Source: an uncultured Bacteroidales bacterium (lineage in GTDB: Bacteria > Bacteroidota > Bacteroidia > Bacteroidales > WCHB1-69). From it: a stretch of 64,000 nt of DNA. The translations under genes and the position numbers were made by a program. The DNA is taken from positions 5,224 through 69,223 of the forward strand of contig CALDIA010000054.1 in assembly GCA_937901455.1 (NCBI GenBank), in the 5' to 3' direction. Shown in pieces: positions 47,688 through 57,212 of the stretch (position 1 is the first letter of the stretch; every line of letters starts with the position of its first letter). The notes beneath the pieces are model-generated. The model made no database searches. It was not told where the DNA came from and saw only the letters and a program-made list of their open reading frames with translations.

Positions 47688-48554
47688 ATGCTGTTTCGTT
47701 CCAATATTCCCGCCCCTGAATATCCTTTTAATATCACATATCAAGATGCCATCATGCTGATAGGCTCGTGTTTTTCCGACAATATAGGAAGCTATTTCAC
47801 CCGCCATCAGTTTGATGTAAAATCAAATCCCTTCGGAGTGCTTTTTAACCCCATTTCCATTGACCATTCTATCCGATTGATGCTGAATCCGGAACGATTC
47901 GACAAAGACCGCTACTTCTATAAAACGCGCGACCTTTGGGTCAGCTTTGCCCACCATGGACGGTTCTCTCGCGAAAATTTTGAGGTCTTTGAACAGAATA
48001 TTGACGAACAGTTGGCCACAGCTTCCGAATTTCTGTATCGTACCGATGTGTTATTTGTGACCTTTGGCACAGCATTCTGTTACCAATTCATTCCCAGAAA
48101 CTTGATCGTATCGAACTGTCACAAAATCCCCAACAATCAATTTAACAGGTTTAGGCTCACGGAAAAACAGATTGTATCTCAATGGAGGGAAACCATAACC
48201 CAGTTATTGGAGGTGCGCCCCAACCTGAAAATTGTGTTCACAGTGAGCCCGGTGCGCCATGTGGGCGATGGTTTGCACGAGAATACCCTCAGCAAGGCCA
48301 TTCTCTTGCTGGCTACCGAGAAACTGGTGGATCAGGAACACACCTTCTATTTCCCCTCTTATGAATATCTGATGGATGATCTTAGAGATTACCGGTTCTA
48401 TGCCAAAGACCTTTTCCATCCCAATGATTTAGCCATAGAGTATATGGAGGAGAAGGTCTCGGAATCCTTCTTTGATCCGCAGACAGCCGAACAGGTACGA
48501 TTGGTGGCACAACAGAACAAGTTTCGCAATCACAGAAGATTACGGGTGGAGTAG
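47688..48554 (+). CDS. GSCFA-domain protein
   Basis: The eponymous motif LIGSCFSDNIG near the N-terminus. 4-nt gap after the helicase gene. Confidence 0.75.
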   Translation: MLFRSNIPAPEYPFNITYQDAIMLIGSCFSDNIGSYFTRHQFDVKSNPFGVLFNPISIDHSIRLMLNPERFDKDRYFYKTRDLWVSFAHHGRFSRENFEVFEQNIDEQLATASEFLYRTDVLFVTFGTAFCYQFIPRNLIVSNCHKIPNNQFNRFRLTEKQIVSQWRETITQLLEVRPNLKIVFTVSPVRHVGDGLHENTLSKAILLLATEKLVDQEHTFYFPSYEYLMDDLRDYRFYAKDLFHPNDLAIEYMEEKVSESFFDPQTAEQVRLVAQQNKFRNHRRLRVE

Positions 48555-48618
48555 GGGATGATTGTTCGGTCAAGTATCCTTATGCTAAATAGCCTTTAAT
48601 GTCTTGTTTGGCTGTATC

Positions 48619-48652
48619 CTCAAAAATGATGGTCAACATTCTCAAAAATCAT
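48619..48652. promoter_or_regulatory. 12-nt direct repeat pair upstream of the porin-imelysin operon (candidate operator)
   Basis: CTCAAAAATGAT (48619..48630) and CTCAAAAATCAT (48641..48652), 22 bp centre to centre, 35 bp upstream of the -7 box. Confidence 0.3.
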
Positions 48653-48686
48653 AAAAAGTAGTTAGTTGACAAAATATTCAAAATCA

Positions 48687-48694
48687 TACCTTTG
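48687..48694 (+). promoter_or_regulatory. -7 promoter box TACCTTTG for the porin-imelysin-dihaem operon
   Basis: 18 nt upstream of the ATG at 48713. It overlaps the TTG pseudo-start used by the track. Confidence 0.5.
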
Positions 48695-48712
48695 CAACCT
48701 AAAACTTTTACT

Positions 48713-50056
48713 ATGAGAAGGTTGCGTAGTTTTTTATGTTTTATATTGACTTTAACTATTGTTTTACAGGCCAATGCGCAGGAAAAGAGTACCTTACAAG
48801 ACACTACAACGGTAAAAAAGGATAGTGTACGTAGCCGATTTACAATTGGCGGATATGGAGAGGCGGTTTATAAATACAATTTTTTTAGCGACAACATGTT
48901 TCGTTATAACCATGCCTCTGATTATACAGAATCAAGAGGGCATGGGCGCGTGGATATTCCACATGGAGTCTTCATGCTTGGGTACGACTTTGGCAAAGGA
49001 TGGACCTTCAACACGGAGATAGAGTTCGAGCATGGAGGAACAGAGTCGGCTGTTGAGGTAGAGACAGAAGAGACAGGAGAGCATGAAAAAGAGATTGAAC
49101 GTGGAGGTGAGGTGGCATTGGAGCAGTTTTGGTTACAAAAGTCCTTTTTACAATCTAAGTTGAACATACGTATGGGGCATTTGGTGGTTCCGGTTGGAGG
49201 CACCAACAACGCACACTTGCCCAATGAGTACTTTGGGGTATATCGTCCGGAAGGGGAAAATACCATTATACCTTGCACGTGGCATGAGACAGGCATTGAG
49301 TTGTGGGGGCGTGTAAAAGGATGGCGTTACGACTTCATGGTTATTCCGGCGCTGAACTCCAGCATGTTTAATGTGTCGGGGTGGGTACACAATGGATCCG
49401 CTTCCCCGTATGAATTTAAAGTAGCCAACAATCTTGCTTTTGCTGCCCGAATAGACAATTACAGTATTTCAGGCCTGCATATTGGCATCAGCGGCTATGT
49501 GGGGAACAGCTTCCGCAATGATATAGTCACGAATGAAAACGCTTCCCGATATGAGAAAGTAAAAGGCACGGTGGTTATCGGTGGCCTGGATTTCAGTTAC
49601 AAGCATGAAGGATTCATTATGAGGGGTAGTGGGCTGTATGGTTACTTGGCTGATGCGTCCCTTATCTCATCCTATAATGTCACCTCCTTGGGGAGCCGGA
49701 ACTATGAGTATCCCTGTACTTTGGTGGGAGCTTCCGCATGGTCAGCCGGAGGTGAGTTTGGCTATGATATCTTGCACTCCATCAAAGACCGGACTCGTAT
49801 TGGACAACGCAAGCTTTATCTTTTTGTACGGTATGAGTATTACGATTCCTATAGGCCTGCCGACATGCTTACCGACTATCAATGGACAGACCGTCATTGT
49901 ATCAGTGGAGGCATCAACTATCGCCCCATTCCCGAAATCACGATTAAAGCTGAAGGCGGCATACGCCTGCTAAAAGCACAATACAACAACGAGCCTTGGG
50001 TTGCCATAGGGGCAACTTGGGCTGCCTATTTCAAGCATGACAAAAAAAAGAACTAA
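48713..50056 (+). CDS. outer-membrane beta-barrel porin-like protein
   Basis: Signal peptide MRRLRSFLCFILTLTIVLQANAQ, alternating beta-strand pattern (FTIGGYGEAVYKYNF...), and an aromatic-rich C-terminus. Confidence 0.65.
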   Translation: MRRLRSFLCFILTLTIVLQANAQEKSTLQDTTTVKKDSVRSRFTIGGYGEAVYKYNFFSDNMFRYNHASDYTESRGHGRVDIPHGVFMLGYDFGKGWTFNTEIEFEHGGTESAVEVETEETGEHEKEIERGGEVALEQFWLQKSFLQSKLNIRMGHLVVPVGGTNNAHLPNEYFGVYRPEGENTIIPCTWHETGIELWGRVKGWRYDFMVIPALNSSMFNVSGWVHNGSASPYEFKVANNLAFAARIDNYSISGLHIGISGYVGNSFRNDIVTNENASRYEKVKGTVVIGGLDFSYKHEGFIMRGSGLYGYLADASLISSYNVTSLGSRNYEYPCTLVGASAWSAGGEFGYDILHSIKDRTRIGQRKLYLFVRYEYYDSYRPADMLTDYQWTDRHCISGGINYRPIPEITIKAEGGIRLLKAQYNNEPWVAIGATWAAYFKHDKKKN

Positions 50057-50086
50057 TTTTTAAATAATTCTAATTTTTAAATAATT
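50053..50086. repeat. perfect 17-bp tandem duplication (2 copies)
   Basis: CTAATTTTTAAATAATT at 50053..50069 and again at 50070..50086. The first copy contains the porin stop codon. Confidence 0.9.
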
Positions 50087-50092
50087 ATAACT

Positions 50093-51253
50093 ATGACAAA
50101 GATTTTTAGATTTGTAATTATAGCCATAGCGGCTATAGCAGGAGTGATGACGACATCCTGCAATCATGGAAATGCTTATCTCACGGATGAAAAGCAAACG
50201 GCCATTTTAAAACAGTATGTGGACCATACTATTGCACCGACCTATAGCAACCTTGCCAGTCAGACGGAACAATTGGTAAAGGACTTACAGGCCTTTCGTT
50301 CCAGTCATTCGCAGGCTGACCTGAATACAGCTTGCAACACATTTCTCACAGCCCGTGCGTGGTGGGAGAAGAGTGAAGCATTTCTTTTCGGAGCCGCCTC
50401 TGATTTTGGCATCGATCCGCACATTGATTCTTGGCCTTTGGATGTGGACGCCTTCAACATAATGATGAGCAACACTTCTCAGATTCAGGCAATGGATGCA
50501 GAGGATGGGGATGAATATGCCGGCGAGAAGCTGGGCAATTCCCTTCTTGGATTCCATGGTATTGAATATATTCTTTTCCAAGATGGAAACATCAAAAGTG
50601 CCAGTGAAATCAACGATTTGCAGATGATCTATGCTATCGCAGTTGCCGGAGATCTTCGCAATCGCTGCTACCAACTTGAGGTTAGCTGGATAGGTGATGA
50701 TGCTCCTTTGGCACACAGAGAAAAAGTGGAGGATTTGGAATTGAACTCTACCGTGAATGGGGGAACATATTCCTATGGCGAGAACCTTATTAAAGCGGGA
50801 AATCCTGGCAGTACCTATTTTAGCACCGTTAATGGTCTCATTGCTATTGTGGATGGATGCAAGACAATTGCTGATGAGGTTGGAACCTCCAAAATCGGAA
50901 AACCGTATAATGGGGAGGATATTCATTATATAGAATCTCCCTATAGCCATCGTTCCATCGAAGATTTTCTCAACAACATCATAAGTATTGAACATGCCTA
51001 TTATGGAGGCATAGAGGGTGCCCAAGATGAAAGCAACTCCCTGCATGGCTACATGAAGGCTATTGACGCCGACCTGGATGCGAAGGTGGTTGATGCCATC
51101 AACGAGGCAAAAGCAAAGATTCAAGCCATGCCCGTTCCTTTTGTGAACAACTACACCAATTCAGCCAATGCCGCTGCTATCGAGGCTTGCCAAGCTTTAG
51201 ACGACATCCTTTCAGAGGTGAATGCCACATTGCAAAAGAATAGCAACCAATAA
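50093..51253 (+). CDS. imelysin-family (peptidase M75-like / IrpA-like) lipoprotein
   Basis: Lipobox ...GVMTTSC. ARAWWEKSEAFLFGAA, IDSWPLD and GFHGIEYILF (HxxE) are imelysin hallmarks. Confidence 0.8.
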   Translation: MTKIFRFVIIAIAAIAGVMTTSCNHGNAYLTDEKQTAILKQYVDHTIAPTYSNLASQTEQLVKDLQAFRSSHSQADLNTACNTFLTARAWWEKSEAFLFGAASDFGIDPHIDSWPLDVDAFNIMMSNTSQIQAMDAEDGDEYAGEKLGNSLLGFHGIEYILFQDGNIKSASEINDLQMIYAIAVAGDLRNRCYQLEVSWIGDDAPLAHREKVEDLELNSTVNGGTYSYGENLIKAGNPGSTYFSTVNGLIAIVDGCKTIADEVGTSKIGKPYNGEDIHYIESPYSHRSIEDFLNNIISIEHAYYGGIEGAQDESNSLHGYMKAIDADLDAKVVDAINEAKAKIQAMPVPFVNNYTNSANAAAIEACQALDDILSEVNATLQKNSNQ

Positions 51254-51264
51254 ATTCTACTTCT

Positions 51265-52833
51265 ATGCAAAAACATAGATTTTCGATTATAAGTATAAGC
51301 TTAGTGGTTTTGTCCATTCTTTTGTGCTGTTGTAAGCCTGAACCCATTGAAGAACTCTCATGGATTGAAGAGGAAACTTATGCCGGAGGAAAATTGGGTA
51401 CTACCTTTAATGTTTCGTCATCGGCCTATGAAGATCCCGCCCCAGCAGTCACCGACATTGCTGCTTTTAAGTATGGTGAGTATCTTTTTGAAAGAAATTT
51501 TACCCAAAACACCCCTCCTTTCAATGGATTGGGGCCACTGTACATTCGCAGTTCCTGTATCGCCTGTCATCCAGGCTATGGGCATGGTCGGCGTATGGAC
51601 CGATACAATGCCAACGATTGGGGCAATGGCTATCTGCTGGTTGTCACAGATCAGAACGACAACTATGTGTCGTCTTTGACAGGTATGCCACAAACCAAAG
51701 CAACCCCTCCTTTTAAAGCACCGATTGATGAGACTCAAATCCAAATCAGCTGGTTGAACTACACAGATGACTGGGGTAATACTTTCCCAGATGGCGAGAC
51801 CTATAGTCTGATATACCCCGAAGTTTACATACCCGCCTCTGCATATTATGTGCCTTTGGAAGTTAATGGTGTTGAGATTCCATACGGCAGTGAGATTGTC
51901 CGTCTGGAGTCCACCATCGGCATCTATGGTACAGGATTGTTGGATGCCATTCCCGATGATTCTTTAAAAGCCCAGTATTTGAAGGAATCTATGGCGGGAG
52001 CCAACCTCAATCCAGCTATGTGGGCAGGCACTGATTGGGCCCCATCGGGTCTGTATGGAAATACCAATCATCCCAAACGTTTCACCTATGCTTGTTCTCG
52101 AGGACCGCTGCAAGATGGACCTGGAGCGAATGCTATTTGGAATATTACCAATGTAACGCGTAGCGACCGCCGGAAACATTACATGACGGAAACCTACGCG
52201 CGAGTGGCCGCCTTGGATCCAGATGTGCAGGCACAATTCTACCAATATTATCCAGAGTTCAACCAAACGGGCAATCCCGAGACCGACATTTACAATTATC
52301 TAATGGGTACAAATCTGCCGGTAGAGATGAGTAATGACGACTATGTCAACTTGATGGTTTGGCATCGTGGCTTGGCTGTACCTGCTGCTAGAAACTTGAG
52401 CGACACTACCATTCAGCGTGGTCGCCAGCTTTTCCGTGAAATAGGTTGTGCCTCTTGTCATCGTCCCAGTTGGACTACCGGCCCCGATCGCTTCACCGAC
52501 CCCAACGGTTTCTTTACGACTGGAGACCAGCGTCTGCCACGTTACCCGAATCAAAAGATTTGGCCTTATACCGACATGGTGCAACACAGACTTTGTATGA
52601 AGAACGATATTCGTACCGGATGGTGCCGTACTACCCCATTGTGGGGTCGCGGCCTATCCACCATCTGTACAGGAGCCAGTGATCGCTTGCATGACTGCCG
52701 CGCCCGCACTGTGGTGGAAGCCATTATGTGGCATGGAAGCGCTCAAAGTGATGCCCGCAAGTCGGTGGAACGTTTCCGTACCCTCGGCAAGTCCGACCGC
52801 GATGCCATCGTGAAATTTATTGAGGCTATTTAA
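51265..52833 (+). CDS. di-haem cytochrome c-type oxidoreductase (DUF1111 family)
   Basis: Two CxxCH motifs, CIACH and CASCH. 522 aa. Classic genomic partner of imelysin. Confidence 0.8.
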   Translation: MQKHRFSIISISLVVLSILLCCCKPEPIEELSWIEEETYAGGKLGTTFNVSSSAYEDPAPAVTDIAAFKYGEYLFERNFTQNTPPFNGLGPLYIRSSCIACHPGYGHGRRMDRYNANDWGNGYLLVVTDQNDNYVSSLTGMPQTKATPPFKAPIDETQIQISWLNYTDDWGNTFPDGETYSLIYPEVYIPASAYYVPLEVNGVEIPYGSEIVRLESTIGIYGTGLLDAIPDDSLKAQYLKESMAGANLNPAMWAGTDWAPSGLYGNTNHPKRFTYACSRGPLQDGPGANAIWNITNVTRSDRRKHYMTETYARVAALDPDVQAQFYQYYPEFNQTGNPETDIYNYLMGTNLPVEMSNDDYVNLMVWHRGLAVPAARNLSDTTIQRGRQLFREIGCASCHRPSWTTGPDRFTDPNGFFTTGDQRLPRYPNQKIWPYTDMVQHRLCMKNDIRTGWCRTTPLWGRGLSTICTGASDRLHDCRARTVVEAIMWHGSAQSDARKSVERFRTLGKSDRDAIVKFIEAI

Positions 52834-52850
52834 CTGGATTTTTTTTCTGA

Positions 52851-52885
52851 ATGTAGAGACACAATTGTGTCTCTACATTTTTTTT
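52851..52885 (+). terminator. strong rho-independent terminator after the di-haem gene
   Basis: Perfect 28-nt palindrome ATGTAGAGACACAATTGTGTCTCTACAT followed by TTTTTTT. Confidence 0.8.
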
Positions 52886-52892
52886 ATTTTTG
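52885..52892 (+). promoter_or_regulatory. -7 promoter box TATTTTTG for ccsBA
   Basis: 26 nt upstream of the ATG at 52919, immediately after the terminator U-tract. Confidence 0.45.
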
Positions 52893-52918
52893 AATCCTTT
52901 TTTAATTAATGCTTACAA

Positions 52919-55144
52919 ATGAAAAACATTCGACATTTTTTCTCTGTTTTGGTGATTGCCTTGATAGCGGTTATGGCCGCAGGCACTATTGTGGAAAGGT
53001 TCCATGGGTCAGACTATGCGTTGAGTCATATATATAGTGCCTGGTGGTTTGTGGCGCTGTGGGGTATTTTGGCCCTTGGCATCTTGTTCATGATGATACG
53101 GCAAAAGTCATGGAAACAACCCGTAACCTGTGCTTTGCATGTTTCCGTAATCTTGATTTTATTAGGGGCCTTACTAACCATGCTTACGGGACAGCACGGA
53201 GAGATAACCCTCAGTCCTGGAAAACCCGCCAACAAGTTTACCTTGGAACGACATGGTTTGATGCATGAGGCAAAGATTCCCTTCTCTTTGACCCTTGATC
53301 ATTTTGAAGTGGAGACCTATCCAGGAACCCACTCGCCAATGGACTTTGTGAGTTATCTCCAAATCACAGACAAGGGTAGCACAACGGATGCCAAGATCTC
53401 CATGAATCACATTTTAAAACATCGCCACTATCGGTTCTATCAGAGTGACTATGACGATGAAGGTAATTCCACGCTGGCTGTGGCTCATGATCCATGGGGC
53501 ACAGGTGTAACCTACACGGGTTACATTCTATTGCTGGTTGCTTTAATAGGTCTTTTTGTTGATCGGAACGGCGTGTTTCGCACGCTTTTGCGGAAAATGT
53601 CGAATAAGACGGCTTTAGCCCTTATGCTGTTTATGGCTGGCGCTGTTTTGCCAGCGGTAGCTGCCGACAAGCCATCGGTACTGCCCCGAGAGAGTGCCGA
53701 CAAAATGGGACAAATGTATGTGATGTATAAAGGCCGTGTGTGTCCATTGCAAACATTAGCCAAAGATTATACTACCAAGCTATACGGGAATGCCCGCTAC
53801 CGTGGCTATTCACCGGAACAGGTGCTTAGCGGGTGGCTGTTCTATCCTGCAGAATGGCAAAATGAACCCATCTTTAAAATCAAAGGAAAGGAAGTGCGAG
53901 AGACTCTTGGCCTTGATGGTAAATATGCTCGGTTGTCGGATTTCCGCGACGCTTACGGCACCAACAAACTGGAAGAGCCGCTTCAAGCATTGCCTATGGG
54001 TAATCCTATGCTTAAAAACTACAATGCTGCCAATGAGAAGTATCAACTTGTGTATATGTTGTTCAACGGGGAACTCTTAAAGCTTTTCCCACACGCAGAC
54101 AGCCTTCAGGAAGTCACATGGTATTCACAGAGCGATGCCCTGCCGTTAGATATCTCTGATGGAGAATATCTTTTTATTCGTAAGCAACTTAGCCTGTGCC
54201 AGGAGTATGTGGTCATGAAAGATTTTGATGCGTTGAATGAGGTTTTTGACAAAACAAGGGTTTATCAGGAAAAATATGCATTGGGACAAGTGCAACCTAC
54301 AGCCCAGTTTCGCGCAGAGAGGCTTTATAACCGTCTTACTGCCGGCCGATGGTTAGCCATGGTGAACATCACTTTAGGATTGGTCTGTTTTGCCGCTGCC
54401 ATCATAGCGGTTGGGAAAGGGAATAAACTCAACAAATATGTACGTCTTGTCGCTACAGTGTGGATGTGCCTGATGTGTCTGTTTCTATCTTTGATATTTA
54501 TCTTGCGCTGGATTGCAGGCGGGCATGTGCCAATGGCGGGAAGTTTTGATTCCATGAATCTGTTAGCCCTAAGTGTCAGTGTTATCACCTTGATTATGAT
54601 GAGGAAATATGAGATGGCATTACCCACAGGTCTGCTAATAACCGGGTTTGTATTATTGGTGCAGATGATGGGCGGTTCAAACCCGCCTGTGACGCATCTT
54701 ATGCCTGTGTTGACGTCCCCATTGCTGAGTCTTCATGTCTCCGTCATCATGATTGCCTACGCACTTCTCTTTTTCATCATGCTTAATGGTATCAGTGCCG
54801 TGGTTGTACGTATGCTGCAACCAGCTAATACGGATTATCTGGAACGGTTGCGCAACATCAGCATGATTATGCTCTATCCAGCCGTGGCGTTGCTGGCGGT
54901 GGGCATTTGCATAGGTGCCGTGTGGGCCAATATTTCTTGGGGCAACTATTGGTCTTGGGATCCTAAAGAGGTTTGGGCGCTTATCACGCTCTTAATTTAT
55001 ACGGTTCCTCTTTACAATACGCTTTGGAAAGCTTTCCAAAAGCCCATGTTCTTTCATATCTACAGCATCTTGGCTTTTCTGAGCGTAATCATAACCTATT
55101 TTGGTGTGAACTTCCTATTGGGCGGTATGCACAGTTATGCATAG
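52919..55144 (+). CDS. ccsA: system II cytochrome c biogenesis protein, fused ResB/CcsB-CcsA (CcsBA)
   Basis: N-terminal ResB-like part (MNHILKHRHYRFYQSDYD). C-terminal CcsA part with the WWD haem-handling motif WGNYWSWDPKEVWALITLLIY. 741 aa. Confidence 0.85.
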   Translation: MKNIRHFFSVLVIALIAVMAAGTIVERFHGSDYALSHIYSAWWFVALWGILALGILFMMIRQKSWKQPVTCALHVSVILILLGALLTMLTGQHGEITLSPGKPANKFTLERHGLMHEAKIPFSLTLDHFEVETYPGTHSPMDFVSYLQITDKGSTTDAKISMNHILKHRHYRFYQSDYDDEGNSTLAVAHDPWGTGVTYTGYILLLVALIGLFVDRNGVFRTLLRKMSNKTALALMLFMAGAVLPAVAADKPSVLPRESADKMGQMYVMYKGRVCPLQTLAKDYTTKLYGNARYRGYSPEQVLSGWLFYPAEWQNEPIFKIKGKEVRETLGLDGKYARLSDFRDAYGTNKLEEPLQALPMGNPMLKNYNAANEKYQLVYMLFNGELLKLFPHADSLQEVTWYSQSDALPLDISDGEYLFIRKQLSLCQEYVVMKDFDALNEVFDKTRVYQEKYALGQVQPTAQFRAERLYNRLTAGRWLAMVNITLGLVCFAAAIIAVGKGNKLNKYVRLVATVWMCLMCLFLSLIFILRWIAGGHVPMAGSFDSMNLLALSVSVITLIMMRKYEMALPTGLLITGFVLLVQMMGGSNPPVTHLMPVLTSPLLSLHVSVIMIAYALLFFIMLNGISAVVVRMLQPANTDYLERLRNISMIMLYPAVALLAVGICIGAVWANISWGNYWSWDPKEVWALITLLIYTVPLYNTLWKAFQKPMFFHIYSILAFLSVIITYFGVNFLLGGMHSYA

Positions 55145-55191
55145 TTTTCGCCTGTTGGGATACTTGATGTAACCGTAGTGGAAAGAAGTTC

Positions 55192-56919
55192 TCAGTTGTT
55201 CACTATTACCTTAAAGGTGCGGGAGCGATTGCCCTTGCTGGCCTTGAGCAAATAGGTTCCATTGCCCCAAGCGGAGGTGGAAATGACGGTCTGCCCGGCA
55301 GAACAGCCATTGGCATACACGCGCTGTCCCGACAGGGTGAACACTTCCACAAAAATCTCTTGGCCGAAATCGTTATGTAGCATGATTTGGCCAAAAGTAG
55401 CCGGATTTGGCGAGACAGACACGAGCAGTGGTTCAAAATCCTCCACGTCTCCACCCAAAATCACAGCTACTACCCAATCTTTACTGCGTCCGTCTGGAGT
55501 GGTCAGGGTGTACACGACAGGATGATCCAAAAAGCATTGTGGTTCAGAAGGGTCGGGTGAGCAGGATACCCAGAGAGGCATGGTAATAGTAGGAACCACA
55601 TTGCAGAGGGGCGGAGCGACACATTCGGCATAGAATAGCAGCGTGTCGCCCTGTTCTGAGAAGCAGAAGACAGCCTCTTCCTCATTATTGTACCATACGG
55701 AAAATGCCAAGATGTCGGGTTCAATTTCCAAGACTGGCAGATAGGATACTTCGCCATAGATAGTGCTGTCTGCGTAATGGAAGATGACCTCTTCGGCATC
55801 GGTGGAGTCATTGCTGCCCCAGAAATTGCCTACTGCGGTCATGTCGCTGAAGGCATTATTGAAGAGAGCGTATGAGGTGCCTCCGTTGGCATTGTTATAG
55901 ATACAGTTGTAGCCCCAATCATCAGCAGTGCCCATGTCGAGGGCGTGATAATAGATGGCGGTGACACCCCACAGGTTTCCAGTGACGAGGTTGCGGCGCA
56001 TCTTGGCGGCACAGGTCGTGTTGTTGCCATAGATGCTGATGCCACTGCCACCATTCAGGGGGTTGGTTTCCAAGTTATTGTTCTTAAACTCATTGTCTTC
56101 AATGATGGCAAAGATATTGGTGCCGTTTTGCGTGTATCCGTAGCGGTTATTTTCCACCACATTGTAACGGATGATAGCCACGGTATTGCTAATATTTAAC
56201 AGGTTGGCGATGGCAATGCCGCCCGACATATGGGCAAAGCCGTCAATGTGGTTGTATTCGATGACAATAGTGTCGCCTGCAATACCCGGACCGAGGTTGA
56301 TTTGGGGTTGGTTGACATTGTTGCGTACGTTGCGTACAAATTCATTGTGGCGGATGACGGGCGAACCGGTAACGTTGGCGCCGGAGCTGATGGCCGCCTG
56401 CTGGTTATCATGGAAGAAACAATGTTCTATCACAGGACTGGCATTGATATATTTGATACACTGCTCGGAGAAGAAACTGAACTCGCAACGCTCAAAGGTA
56501 GCCTCGCTTTGGGTTATCAGGATGTTGTTACCATACTCAAAATGGATGTCTGTAAACACACAGGAGTCGGCATTGTCGATGCGGATATCGTAGAAGTCGC
56601 CGTTGCAGTTGGAGATGTTGCTGGTGACGAGGAGTGTGTCGGTGCGGGGAGCGCAGACCACACACCCGTGGATGGTAATAGTGAGCGTATTGTTGATAAA
56701 GAGCTCCTTGGTGGCGGCATCAATCACCAAGGTGTCGCTGGCCGACAGGGTAAGGTCTTGTGACAGACGATAGTAGCCAGCCGATGTGGCGACCACCGCA
56801 CCCGATGGGTCGGAGGCCAGATCCTGAAAGGTGAAGGTGGAGCCATTGCCTGGCGACACAATCTGTGCATACGCACCCGTAAGGCAAAATATCCATAAAA
56901 GGGTGATCAATTTTTTCAT
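55192..56919 (-). CDS. secreted right-handed beta-helix repeat protein with a T9SS C-terminal sorting domain
   Basis: Signal peptide MKKLITLLWIFCLTGAYAQ (start at 56919). Repeated N/G/I-rich beta-helix rungs. C-terminal domain VSVSPNPATFGQIML...GTYLLKAS. Confidence 0.75.
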   Translation of the reverse strand: MKKLITLLWIFCLTGAYAQIVSPGNGSTFTFQDLASDPSGAVVATSAGYYRLSQDLTLSASDTLVIDAATKELFINNTLTITIHGCVVCAPRTDTLLVTSNISNCNGDFYDIRIDNADSCVFTDIHFEYGNNILITQSEATFERCEFSFFSEQCIKYINASPVIEHCFFHDNQQAAISSGANVTGSPVIRHNEFVRNVRNNVNQPQINLGPGIAGDTIVIEYNHIDGFAHMSGGIAIANLLNISNTVAIIRYNVVENNRYGYTQNGTNIFAIIEDNEFKNNNLETNPLNGGSGISIYGNNTTCAAKMRRNLVTGNLWGVTAIYYHALDMGTADDWGYNCIYNNANGGTSYALFNNAFSDMTAVGNFWGSNDSTDAEEVIFHYADSTIYGEVSYLPVLEIEPDILAFSVWYNNEEEAVFCFSEQGDTLLFYAECVAPPLCNVVPTITMPLWVSCSPDPSEPQCFLDHPVVYTLTTPDGRSKDWVVAVILGGDVEDFEPLLVSVSPNPATFGQIMLHNDFGQEIFVEVFTLSGQRVYANGCSAGQTVISTSAWGNGTYLLKASKGNRSRTFKVIVNN

Positions 56920-56977
56920 ATTGTTTGGGGTTAATGGGTTGATTTCAAAAAAGATGACAAATTGTTTTAATAGCATG

Positions 56978-56985
56978 CAAAAATA
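56978..56985 (-). promoter_or_regulatory. -7 promoter box (TATTTTTG, minus strand) for the beta-helix gene
   Basis: Plus-strand CAAAAATA, 58 nt upstream of the ATG at 56919. It lies inside the longer track ORF. Confidence 0.45.
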
Positions 56986-57110
56986 CACTTTTTCGTTGTG
57001 TTTGAGCAGCAACTGTGCTATATAAAAAAGGCGACAAGATGTCGCTCTTTGTTTTTCCTGTTGGTTGAAAAAAAAAGGACTATTATCATAGCCCTTTTAG
57101 TACCGAAGGC

Positions 57111-57194
57111 CGGGATCGAACCGGCACGAGTGTTACCTCATTGGTTTTTGAGACCAACGCGTCTACCGATTCCGCCACTTCGGCTTGACGGCGG
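57111..57194 (-). tRNA. tRNA-Leu (anticodon CAA), class II long variable arm
   Basis: Reverse complement GCCGAAGTGGCGGAATCGGTAGACGCGTTGGTCTCAAAAACCAATGAGGTAACACTCGTGCCGGTTCGATCCCGGCCTTCGGTA folds as a cloverleaf with G1·U72. No encoded CCA. Confidence 0.85.
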
Positions 57195-57204
57195 CAAAAA
57201 TACA

Positions 57205-57212
57205 AAAAATCT
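57205..57212 (-). promoter_or_regulatory. -7 promoter box (TATTTTTG, minus strand) for tRNA-Leu
   Basis: Plus-strand CAAAAATA, 10 nt upstream of the tRNA 5' end. Confidence 0.55.

Noticed and set aside
50285-51124. 279-aa minus-strand ORF
   Set aside because: It is antisense to the imelysin gene, whose own motifs (DSWPLD, HxxE) are clear. It has no independent signals.
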